Shown here: positions 1 through 11,900 of the stretch, one piece after another
How the letters are laid out: every line of letters begins with the position of its first letter
Position numbering within the stretch: position 1 is the stretch's first letter
DNA from: Eledone cirrhosa
Lineage: Eukaryota
Assembly (NCBI GenBank): GCA_964016885.1
Contig: OZ024752.1
Span: forward strand, 34,100,001-34,164,000
Direction: 5' to 3'
Length of the DNA: 64,000 nt
Program-made: the position numbers and the translations under genes
Notes under the pieces: generated by a model
What the model saw: only the letters and a program-made list of their open reading frames with translations
What the model was told of the DNA's origin: nothing
Database searches by the model: none

Positions 1-97
1 CCTTTCATTACTGTATGTCTAATAAAAGGGACTGTCTATGTGTTTAACCCTTTCATTACTGTAGGTCTAATGAAAGACACTGTCTATGTGTTTAACC

Positions 98-124
98 CTT
101 TCATTACTGTATGTCTAATGAAAG
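98..124. repeat. Intra-monomer perfect inverted repeat (9-bp arms, 9-nt loop); representative copy, present in most monomers
   Basis: CTTTCATTA (98-106) + CTGTATGTC (107-115) + TAATGAAAG (116-124). The two arms are exact reverse complements. Confidence 0.97.
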
Positions 125-1513
125 ACACTGTCTATGTATTTAATCCTTTCATTACTGTATGTCTAATGAAAGACACTGTCTATGTCTTTAACCCTTTCAT
201 TACTGTATGTCTAATGAAAGACACTGTCTGTGTTTAACCCTTCCATTACTGTATGTCTAATGAAAGACACTGTCTGTGTGTTTAACCCTTTCATTACTGT
301 ATGTCTAATGAAAGACACAGTCTATGTGTTTAATCCTTTCATTACTGTATGTCTAATGAAAGACACAGTCTATGTGTTTAACCATTTTATTACTGTATGT
401 CTAATGAAAGACACAGTCTATGTGTTTAACCCTTTCATTACTGTATGTCTAATGAAAGACACTGTCTATGTGTTTAACCCTTTCATTACTGTATGTCTAA
501 TGAAAGACACAGTCTATGTGTTTAATCCTTTCATTACTGTATGTCTAATGAAAGACACAGTCTATGTGTTTAATCCTTTCATTACTGTATGTCTAATGAA
601 AGACACTGTCTATGTGTTTAACCCTTTCATTACTGTATGTCTAATGAAAGACAGTCTATGTGTTTAACCCTTTCATTACTGTATGTCTAATGAAAGACAC
701 AGTCTATGTGTTTAATCCTTTCATTACTGTATGTCTAATGAAAGACACTGTCTATGTGTTTAACCCTTTCATTACTGTATGTCTAATGAAAGACAGTCTA
801 TGTGTTTAACCCTTTCATTACTGTATGTCTAATGAAAGACACAGTCTATGTGTTTAATCCTTTCATTACTGTATGTCTAATGAAAGACACTATGTGTTTA
901 ACCCTTTCATTACTGTATGTCTAATGAAAGACACTGTTTATGTGTTTAATCCTTTCATTACTGTATGTCTAATAAAAGGGACTGTCTATGTGTTTAACCC
1001 TTTCATTACTGTATGTCTAATGAAAGACACTGTCTATGTGTTTAACCCTTTCATTACTGTATGTCTAATGAAAGACACTGTCTATGTATTTAATCCTTTC
1101 ATTACTGTATGTCTAATGAAAGACACTGTCTATGTCTTTAACCCTTTCATTACTGTATGTCTAATGAAAGACACAGTCTATGTGTTTAACCCATTCATTA
1201 CTGTATGTCTATTGAAAGACACTGTCTGTGTTTAACCCTTTCATTACTGTATGTCTAATGAAAGACATTGTCTGTGTGTTTAACCCTTTCATTACTGTAT
1301 GTCTAATGAAAGACACTGTCTATGTGTTTAATCCTTTCATTACTGTATGTCTAATGAAAGACACTGTCTATGTGTTTAATCCTTTCATTACTGTATGTCT
1401 AATGAAAGACACTGTCTATGTGTTTAATCCTTTCATTGCTGTATGTCTAATGAAAGACACTGTCTATGTGTTTAACCCATTCATTACTGTATGTCTATTG
1501 AAAGACACTGTCT

Positions 1514-2277
1514 GTGTTTAACCCTTTCATTACTGTATGTCTAATGAAAGACATTGTCTGTGTGTTTAACCCTTTCATTACTGTATGTCTAATGAAAGAC
1601 ACTGTCTATGTGTTTAATCCTTTCATTACTGTATGTCTAATGATAGACACTGTTTATGTGTTTAATCCTTTCATTACTGTAGGTCTAATGAAAGACACTG
1701 TTTATGTGTTTAATCCTTTCATTACTGTATGTCTAATAAAAGGGACTGTCTATGTGTTTAACCCTTTCATTACTGTATGTCTAATGAAAGACACTGTCTA
1801 TGTGTTTAACCCTTTCATTACTGTATGTCTAATGAAAGACACTGTCTGTGTGTTTAACCCTTTCATTACTGTATGTCTATTGAAAGACACTGTCTGTGTT
1901 TAACCCTTTCATTACTGTATGTCTAATGAAAGACATTGTCTGTGTGTTTAACCCTTTCATTACTGTATGTCTAATGAAAGACACTGTCTATGTGTTTAAT
2001 CCTTTCATTACTGTATGTCTAATGATAGACACTGTTTATGTGTTTAATCCTTTCATTACTGTAGGTCTAATGAAAGACACTGTTTATGTGTTTAATCCTT
2101 TCATTACTGTATGTCTAATAAAAGGGACTGTCTATGTGTTTAACCCTTTCATTACTGTATGTCTAATGAAAGACACTGTCTATGTGTTTAACCCTTTCAT
2201 TACTGTATGTCTAATGAAAGACACTGTCTATGTATTTAATCCTTTCATTACTGTAAGTCTAATGAAAGACACTGTCT
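1514..2277 (+). repeat. 382-bp (8-monomer) higher-order repeat, 2 tandem copies; recurs at 11922, 16915, 18345
   Basis: Series GACATT / ATGATAG / GTAGGT / AATAAAAGGG / 2-bp deletion repeats at 382 nt = 7x48+46 (1514 to 1896). Confidence 0.88.
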
Positions 2278-3453
2278 GTGTTTAACCCTTTCATTACTGT
2301 ATGTCTAATGAAAGACACAGTCTATGTGTTTAATCCTTTCATTACTGTATGTCTAATGAAAGACACAGTCTATGTGTTTAATCCTTTCATTACTGTATGT
2401 CTAATGAAAGACACAGTCCGTGTTTAACCCTTTCATTACTGTATGTCTAATGAAAGACACTGTCTGTGTGTTTAACCCTTTCATTACTGTATGTCTAATG
2501 AAAGACACAGTCTATGTGTTTAATCCTTTCATTACTGTATGTCTAATAAAAGACACAGTCTATGTGTTTAACCGTTTCATTACTGTATGTCTAATGAAAG
2601 ACACTGTCTATGTGTTTAACCCTTTCATTACTGTATGTCTAATGAAAGACACTGTCTATGTGTTTAATCCTTTCATTACTGTATGTCTAATGAAAGACAC
2701 TGTTTATGTGTTTAATCCTTTCATTACTGTATGTCTAATGAAAGACACAGTCTATGTGTTTAATCCTTTCATTACTGTATGTCTAATGAAAGACACAGTC
2801 TGTGTTTAACCCTTTCATTACTGTATGTCTAATGAAAGACACTGTCTGTGTGTTTAACCCTTTCATTACTGTATGTCTAATGAAAGACACAGTCTATGTG
2901 TTTAATCCTTTCATTACTGTATGTCTAATAAAAGACACAGTCTATGTGTTTAACCGTTTCATTACTGTATGTCTAATGAAAGACACAGTCTATGTGTTTA
3001 ACCCTTTCATTACTGTATGTCTTATGAAAGACACAGTCTATGTGTTTAACCCTTTCATTACTGTATGTCTAATGAAAGACACAGTCTATGTGTTTAATCC
3101 TTTCATTACTGTATGTCTAATGAAAGACACTGTCTATGTGTTTAACCCTTTCATTACTGTATGTCTAATGAAAGACACAGTCTATGTGTTTAATCCTTTC
3201 ATTACTGTATGTCTAATGAAAGACACAGTCTATGTGTTTAATCCTTTCATTACTGTATGTCTAATGAAAGACACTGTCTATGTGTTTAACCCTTTCATTA
3301 CTGTATGTCTAATGAAAGACACAGTCTATGTGTTTAACCCTTTCATTACTGTATGTCTAATGAAAGACACAGTCTATGTGTTTAATCCTTTCATTACTGT
3401 ATGTCTAATGAAAGACACAGTCTATGTGTTTAATCCTTTCATTACTGTATGTC

Positions 3454-3473
3454 TAATGAAAGCCCTTTCATTA
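3454..3473. repeat. 29-bp truncated monomer (19-bp deletion) creating near-perfect palindrome TAATGAAAG-CC-CTTTCATTA; first of about 31 copies
   Basis: ACACTGTCTATGTGTTTAA is missing between GAAAG and CCCTTT. Marked by the 30 'MSNESPF' ORF starts plus one more at ~48603. Confidence 0.95.
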
Positions 3474-5749
3474 CTGTATTTCTAATGAAAGACACTGTCT
3501 ATGTGTTTAATCCTTTCATTACTGTATGTCTAATGAAAGACACTGTCTATGTGTTTAATCCTTTCATTGCTGTATGTCTAATGAAAGACACTGTCTATGT
3601 GTTTAACCCTTTCATTACTGTATGTCTAATGAAAGACACTGTCGATGTCTTTAACCCTTTCATTACTGTATGTCTAATGAAAGACACTGTCTATGTCTTT
3701 AACCCTTTATTTACTTTATTTGTAATGAAAGACACTGTCTATGTGTTTAACCCTTTCATTACTGTATGTCTAATGAAAGACACTGTGTTTAACCCTTCCA
3801 TTACTGTATGTGTAATGAAAGACATTGTCTGTGTGTTTAACCCTTTCATTACTGTATGTCTAATGAAAGACACTGTCTGTGTGTTTAACCCTTTCATTAC
3901 TGTATGTCTAATGAAAGACACAGTCTATGTGTTTAATCCTTTCATTACTGTATGTCTAATGAAAGACACAGTTTATGTGTTTAACCCTTTTATTACTGTA
4001 TGTCTAATGAAAGACACTGTCTATGTGTTTAACCCTTTCATTACTGTATGTCTAATGAAAGACACTGTCTGTGTGTTTAACCCTTTCATTACTGTATGTC
4101 TAATGAAAGACACAGTCTATGTGTTTAATCCTTTCATTACTGTATGTCTAATGAAAGACACAGTCTATGTGTTTAACCCTTTTATTACTGTATGTCTAAT
4201 GAAAGACACAGTCTATGTGTTTAATCCTTTCATTACTGTATGTCTAACGAAAGACACAGTCTATGTGTTTAATCCTTTCATTACTGTATGTCTAATGAAA
4301 GACACTGTCTATGTGTTTAACCCTTTCATTACTGTATGTCTAATGAAAGACACAGTCTATGTGTTTAACCCTTTCATTACTGTATGTCTAATGAAAGACA
4401 CAGTCTATGTGTTTAACCCTTTCATTACTGTATGTCTAATGAAAGACACAGTCTATGTGTTTAATCCTTCCATTACTGTATGTCTAATGAAAGCCCTTTC
4501 ATTACTGTATTTCTAATGAAAGACACTGTCTATGTGTTTAATCCTTTCATTACTGTATATCTAATGAAAGACACTGTCTCTGTGTTTAATCCTTTCATTG
4601 CTGTATGTCTAATGAAAGACACTGTCTATGTGTTTAACCCTTTCATTACTGTATGTCTATTGAAAGACACTGTCTATGTTGAATCCTTTCATTACTGTAT
4701 GTCTAATGAAAGACACTGTTTATGTGTTTAATCCTTTCATTACTGTATGTCTAATGAAAGACACTGTCTATGTGTTTAATCCTTTCATTGCTGTATGTCT
4801 AATGAAAGACACTGTCTATGTGTTTAACCCTTTCATTACTGTATGTCTAATGAAAGACACTGTCGATGTCTTTAACCCTTTCATTACTGTATGTCTAATG
4901 AAAGACACTGTCTATGTCTTTAACCCTTTATTTACTGTATTTGTAATGAAAGATACTGTCTATGTGTTTAATTCTTTCATTACTGTATGTCTATTGAAAG
5001 ACACTGTCTATGTTTAATACTTTCATTATTGTATGTCTAATGAAAGACACTGTTTATGTGTTTAATCCTTTCATTACTGTATGTCTAATGAAAGACACTG
5101 TCTGTGTGTTTAACCCTTTCATTACTGTATGTCTAATGAAAGAAACTTTCTATGTCTTTAACCCTTTCATTACTGTATGTCTAATGAAAGACACTGTCGA
5201 TGTCTTTAACCCTTTCATTACTGTATGTCTAATGAAAGACACTGTCTATGTCTTTAACCCTTTATTTACTGTATTTGTAATGAAAGACACTGTCTATGTG
5301 TTTAATTCTTTCATTACTGTATGTCTATTGAAAGACACTGTCTATGTTTAATACTTTCATTATTGTATGTCTAATGAAAGACACTGTTTATGTGTTTAAT
5401 CCTTTCATTACTGTATGTCTAATGAAAGACACTGTTTATGTGTTTAATCCTTTCATTACTGTATGTCTAATAAAAGGTACTGTCTATGTGTTTAACCCTT
5501 TCATTACTGTAGGTCTAATGAAAGACACTGTCTGTGTTTAACCCTTTCATTACTGTATGTCTAATGAAAGACACAGTCTATGTGTTTAATCCTTTCATTA
5601 CTGTATGTCTAATGAAAGACACAGTCTATGTGTTTAATCCTTTCATTACTGTATGTCTAATGAAAGACACAGTCTGTGTTTAACCCTTTCATTACTGTAT
5701 GTCTAATGAAAGACACTGTCTGTGTGTTTAACCCTTTCATTACTGTATG

Positions 5750-7300
5750 TCTAATGAAAGACACTGTCTATGTGTTTAACCCTTTCATTACTGTATGTCT
5801 AATGAAAGACACTGTCTATGTGTTTAATCCTTTCATTACTGTATGTCTAATGAAAGACACTGTCTATGTGTTTAATCCTTTCATTACTGTATGTCTAATG
5901 AAAGACACAGTCTATGTGTTTAACCCTTTCATTACTGTATGTCTAATGAAAGACACTGTTTATGTGTTTAATCCTTTCATTACTGTATGTCTAATGAAAG
6001 ACACAGTCTATGTGTTTAACCCTTTCATTACTGTATGTCTAATGAAAGACACTGTCTATGTGTTTAATCCTTTCATTACTGTATGTCTAATGAAAGACAC
6101 TGTTTATGTGTTTAATCCTTTCATTACTGTATGTCTAATGAAAGACACTGTTTATGTGTTTAATCCTTTCATTACTGTATGTCTAATAAAAGGGACTGTC
6201 TATGTCTTTAACCCTTTCATTACTGTATGTCTAATGAAAGACACTGTCTGTGTTTAACCCTTTCATTACTGTATGTCTAATGAAAGACATTGTCTGTGTG
6301 TTTAACCCTTTCATTACTGTATGTCTAATGAAAGACACTGTCTGTGTGTTTAACCCTTTCATTACTGTATGTCTAATGAAAGAAACTGTCTATGTCTTTA
6401 ACCCTTTCATTACTGTATGTCTAATGAAAGACACTGTCGATGTCTTTAACCCTTTCATTACTGTATGTCTAATGAAAGACACTGTCTATGTCTTTAACCC
6501 TTTATTTACTGTATTTGTAATGAAAGACACTGTCTATGTGTTTAATTCTTTCATTACTGTATGTCTATTGAAAGACACTGTCTATGTTTAATACTTTCAT
6601 TATTGTATGTCTAATGAAAGACACTGTTTATGTGTTTAATCCTTTCATTACTGTATGTCTAATAAAAGGGACTGTCTATGTGTTTAACCCTTTCATTACT
6701 GTATGTCTAATGAAAGACACTGTCGATGTCTTTAACCCTTTCATTACTGTATGTCTAATGAAAGACACTGTCTATGTCTTTAACCCTTTATTTACTGTAT
6801 TTGTAATGAAAGACACTGTCTATGTGTTTAATTTTTTCATTACTGTATGTCTATTGAAAGACACTGTCTATGTTTAATACTTTCATTATTGTATGTCTAA
6901 TGAAAGACACTGTTTATGTGTTTAATCCTTTCATTACTGTATGTCTAATAAAAGGGACTGTCTATGTGTTTAACCCTTTCATTACTGTAGGTCTAATGAA
7001 AGACACTGTCTATGTGTTTAACCCTTTCATTACTGTATGTCTAATGAAAGACACTGTCTATGTATTTAATCCTTTCATTACTGTATGTCTAATGAAAGAC
7101 ACTGTCTATGTCTTTAACCCTTTCATTACTGTATGTCTAATGAAAGACACTGTCTGTGTTTAACCCTTCCATTACTGTATGTCTAATGAAAGACACTGTC
7201 TGTGTGTTTAACCCTTTCATTACTGTATGTCTAATGAAAGACACAGTCTATGTGTTTAATCCTTTCATTACTGTATGTCTAATGAAAGACACTGTCTATG
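5750..7300 (+). repeat. ~1.5-kb block duplicated at offset 3482 (~9230-10780), containing a 286-bp (6-monomer) tandem sub-repeat
   Basis: ORF starts 6250/9732, 6584/10066, 6870/10352 and 7156/10638 differ by 3482; 6584 to 6870 = 286 = 5x48+46. Ends approximate. Confidence 0.85.
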
Positions 7301-8969
7301 TGTTTAACCCTTTCATTACTGTATGTCTAATGAAAGACAGGCTATGTGTTTAACCCTTTCATTACTGTATGTCTAATGAAAGACACAGTCTATGTGTTTA
7401 ATCCTTTCATTACTGTATGTCTAATGAAAGACACTATGTGTTTAACCCTTTCATTACTGTATTTCTAATGAAAGACACTGTCTATATGTTTAATCCTTTC
7501 ATTACTGTATGTCTAATGAAATACACTGTCTATGTGTTTAACCCATTCATTACTGTATGTCTATTGAAAGACACTGTCTATGTTGAATCCTTTCATTACT
7601 GTATGTCTAATGAAAGACACTGTTTATGTGTTTAATCCTTTCATTACTGTATGTCTAATGAAAGACACTGTTTATGTGTTTAATCCTTTCATTACTGTAT
7701 GTATAATAAAAGGGACTGTCTATGTGTTTAACCCTTTCATTACTGTATGTCTAATGAAAGACACTGTCTATGTGTTTAATCCTTTCATTACTGTATGTCT
7801 AATGAAAGACACTGTCTATGTGTTTAATCCTTTCATTACTGTATGTCTAATGAAAGACACTGTCTATGTGTTTAACCCATTCATTACTGTATGTCTATTG
7901 AAAGACACTGTCTGTGTTTAACCCTTTCATTACTGTATGTCTAATGAAAGACATTGTCTGTGTGTTTAACCCTTTCATTACTGTATGTCTAATGAAAGAC
8001 ACTGTCTATGTGTTTAATCCTTTCATTACTGTATGTCTAATGATAGACACTGTTTATGTGTTTAATCCTTTCATTACTGTAGGTCTAATGAAAGACACTG
8101 TTTATGTGTTTAATCCTTTCATTACTGTATGTCTAATAAAAGGGACTGTCTATGTGTTTAACCCTTTCATTACTGTATGTCTAATGAAAGACACTGTCTA
8201 TGTGTTTAACCCTTTCATTACTGTATGTCTAATGAAAGACACTGTCTATGTATTTAATCCTTTCATTACTGTAAGTCTAATGAAAGACACTGTCTGTGTT
8301 TAACCCTTTCATTACTGTATGTCTAATGAAAGACACAGTCTATGTGTTTAATCCTTTCATTACTGTATGTCTAATGAAAGACACAGTCTATGTGTTTAAT
8401 CCTTTCATTACTGTATGTCTAATGAAAGACACAGTCTGTGTTTAACCCTTTCATTACTGTATGTCTAATGAAAGACACTGTCTGTGTGTTTAACCCTTTC
8501 ATTACTGTATGTCTAATGAAAGACACAGTCTATGTGTTTAATCCTTTCATTACTGTATGTCTAATAAAAGACACAGTCTATGTGTTTAACCGTTTCATTA
8601 CTGTATGTCTAATGAAAGACACTGTCTAAGTGTTTAACCCTTTCATTACTGTATGTCTAATGAAAGACACTGTCTATGTGTTTAATTCTTTCATTACTGT
8701 ATGTCTAATGAAAGACACTGTCTATGTGTTTAATCCTTTCATTACTGTATGTCTAATGAAAGACACAGTCTATGTGTTTAACCCTTTCATTACTGTATGT
8801 CTAATGAAAGACACTGTTTATGTGTTTAATCCTTTCATTACTGTATGTCTAATGAAAGAGACAGTCTATGTGTTTAACCCTTTCATTACTGTATGTCTAA
8901 TGAAAGACACTGTCTATGTGTTTAATCCTTTCATTATTGTATGTCTAATGAAAGACACTGTTTATGTGT

Positions 8970-11900
8970 TTAATCCTTTCATTACTGTATGTCTAATAAA
9001 AGGGACTGTCTATGTGTTTAACCCTTTCATTACTGCATGTCTAATGAAAGACACTGTCTATGTGTTTAACCCTTTCATTACTGTATGTCTAATGAAAGAC
9101 ACTGTCTATGTGTTTAACCCTTTCATTACTGTATGTCTAATGAAAGACACAGTCTATGTGTTTAATCCTTTCATTACTGTATGTCTAATAAAAGACACAG
9201 TCTATGTGTTTAACCGTTTCATTACTGTATGTCTAATGAAAGACACTGTCTATGTGTTTAACCCTTTCATTACTGTATGTCTAATGAAAGACACTGTCTA
9301 TGTGTTTAATCCTTTCATTACTGTATGTCTAATGAAAGACACTGTCTATGTGTTTAATCCTTTCATTACTGTATGTCTAATGAAAGACACAGTCTATGTG
9401 TTTAACCCTTTCATTACTGTATGTCTAATGAAAGACACTGTTTATGTGTTTAATCCTTTCATTACTGTATGTCTAATGAAAGACACAGTCTATGTGTTTA
9501 ACCCTTTCATTACTGTATGTCTAATGAAAGACACTGTCTATGTGTTTAATCCTTTCATTACTGTATGTCTAATGAAAGACACTGTTTATGTGTTTAATCC
9601 TTTCATTACTGTATGTCTAATGAAAGACACTGTTTATGTGTTTAATCCTTTCATTACTGTATGTCTAATAAAAGGGACTGTCTATGTCTTTAACCCTTTC
9701 ATTACTGTATGTCTAATGAAAGACACTGTCTGTGTTTAACCCTTTCATTACTGTATGTCTAATGAAAGACATTGTCTGTGTGTTTAACCCTTTCATTACT
9801 GTATGTCTAATGAAAGACACTGTCTGTGTGTTTAACCCTTTCATTACTGTATGTCTAATGAAAGAAACTGTCTATGTCTTTAACCCTTTCATTACTGTAT
9901 GTCTAATGAAAGACACTGTCGATGTCTTTAACCCTTTCATTACTGTATGTCTAATGAAAGACACTGTCTATGTCTTTAACCCTTTATTTACTGTATTTGT
10001 AATGAAAGACACTGTCTATGTGTTTAATTCTTTCATTACTGTATGTCTATTGAAAGACACTGTCTATGTTTAATACTTTCATTATTGTATGTCTAATGAA
10101 AGACACTGTTTATGTGTTTAATCCTTTCATTACTGTATGTCTAATAAAAGGGACTGTCTATGTGTTTAACCCTTTCATTACTGTATGTCTAATGAAAGAC
10201 ACTGTCAATGTCTTTAACCCTTTCATTACTGTATGTCTAATGAAAGACACTGTCTATGTCTTTAACCCTTTATTTACTGTATTTGTAATGAAAGACACTG
10301 TCTATGTGTTTAATTCTTTCATTACTGTATGTCTATTGAAAGACACTGTCTATGTTTAATACTTTCATTATTGTATGTCTAATGAAAGACACTGTCTATG
10401 TGTTTAATCCTTTCATTACTGTATGTCTAATAAAAGGGACTGTCTATGTGTTTAACCCTTTCATTACTGTAGGTCTAATGAAAGACACTGTCTATGTGTT
10501 TAACCCTTTCATTACTGTATGTCTAATGAAAGACACTGTCTATGTATTTAATCCTTTCATTACTGTATGTCTAATGAAAGACACTGTCTATGTCTTTAAC
10601 CCTTTCATTACTGTATGTCTAATGAAAGACACTGTCTGTGTTTAACCCTTCCATTACTGTATGTCTAATGAAAGACACTGTCTGTGTGTTTAACCCTTTC
10701 ATTACTGTATGTCTAATGAAAGACACAGTCTATGTGTTTAATCCTTTCATTACTGTATGTCTAATGAAAGACACAGTCTATGTGTTTAACCATTTTATTA
10801 CTGTATGTCTAATGAAAGACACAGTCTATGTGTTTAACCCTTTCATTACTGTATGTCTAATGAAAGACACTGTCTATGTGTTTAACCCTTTCATTACTGT
10901 ATGTCTAATGAAAGACACAGTCTATGTGTTTAATCCTTTCATTACTGTATGTCTAATGAAAGACACAGTCTATGTGTTTAATCCTTTCATTACTGTATGT
11001 CTAATGAAAGACACTGTCTATGTGTTTAACCCTTTCATTACTGTATGTCTAATGAAAGACAGTCTATGTGTTTAACCCTTTCATTACTGTATGTCTAATG
11101 AAAGACACAGTCTATGTGTTTAATCCTTTCATTACTGTATGTCTAATGAAAGACACTATGTGTTTAACCCTTTCATTACTGTATTTCTAATGAAAGACAC
11201 TGTCTATATGTTTAATCCTTTCATTACTGTATGTCTAATGAAATACACTGTCTATGTGTTTAACCCATTCATTACTGTATGTCTATTGAAAGACACTGTC
11301 TATGTTGAATCCTTTCATTACTGTATGTCTAATGAAAGACACTGTTTATGTGTTTAATCCTTTCATTACTGTATGTCTAATAAAAGGGACTGTCTATGTG
11401 TTTAACCCTTTCATTACTGTATGTCTAATGAAAGACACTGTCTATGTGTTTAACCCTTTCATTACTGTATGTCTAATGAAAGACACTGTCTATGTATTTA
11501 ATCCTTTCATTACTGTATGTCTAATGAAAGACACTGTCTATGTCTTTAACCCTTTCATTACTGTATGTCTAATGAAAGACACAGTCTATGTGTTTAACCC
11601 ATTCATTACTGTATGTCTATTGAAAGACACTGTCTGTGTTTAACCCTTTCATTACTGTATGTCTAATGAAAGACATTGTCTGTGTGTTTAACCCTTTCAT
11701 TACTGTATGTCTAATGAAAGACACTGTCTATGTGTTTAATCCTTTCATTACTGTATGTCTAATGAAAGACACTGTCTATGTGTTTAATCCTTTCATTACT
11801 GTATGTCTAATGAAAGACACTGTCTATGTGTTTAATCCTTTCATTGCTGTATGTCTAATGAAAGACACTGTCTATGTGTTTAACCCATTCATTACTGTAT

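Larger units (their letters stand above)
1..3568 (+). repeat. ~3.6-kb block duplicated at 10409-13976 (offset 10408)
   Basis: Same ordered variants; ORF starts 230/10638, 1228/11636, 1514/11922, 1896/12304, 2420/12828, 2802/13210 and 3449/13857 all differ by 10408. Right end approximate; left end is the window edge. Confidence 0.9.
1100..5532 (+). repeat. ~4.4-kb block duplicated at ~17931-22363 (offset 16831)
   Basis: ORF starts 1228/18059, 1514/18345, 2802/19633, 3449/20280, 4480/21311, 5010/21841 and 5344/22175 share offset 16831. Rare variants (CTAACG, AAAAGGTAC, 42-bp unit) are shared. Ends approximate. Confidence 0.9.

Noticed and set aside
93-99. Telomere-like TAACCCT in C-type monomers
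   Set aside because: A single 7-nt match per unit, lost in the many AAT-type units and never tandem. Not enough to call telomeric or subtelomeric sequence.
98-124. Rho-independent terminator, tRNA or other structured RNA gene
   Set aside because: The stem is AT-rich with no following U-tract, there is no upstream gene, and no cloverleaf or recognisable RNA family motif.
102-133. Specific transcription-factor sites (homeodomain TAAT/ATTA pair, TAATGARAT-like, SMAD GTCT/AGAC) and AATAAA poly(A) signals in the AATAAAAG variant
   Set aside because: Motifs of 4-9 bp are expected by chance in an AT-rich monomer and are multiplied only by tandem amplification. No binding or transcript evidence is available from sequence alone.
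3739-3921. Minus-strand 60-aa ORFs (also 20570-20752 and 23442-23624)
   Set aside because: They exist only where consecutive variants remove the TAG that the reverse complement of CTAT normally supplies; same repeat, no independent coding evidence.
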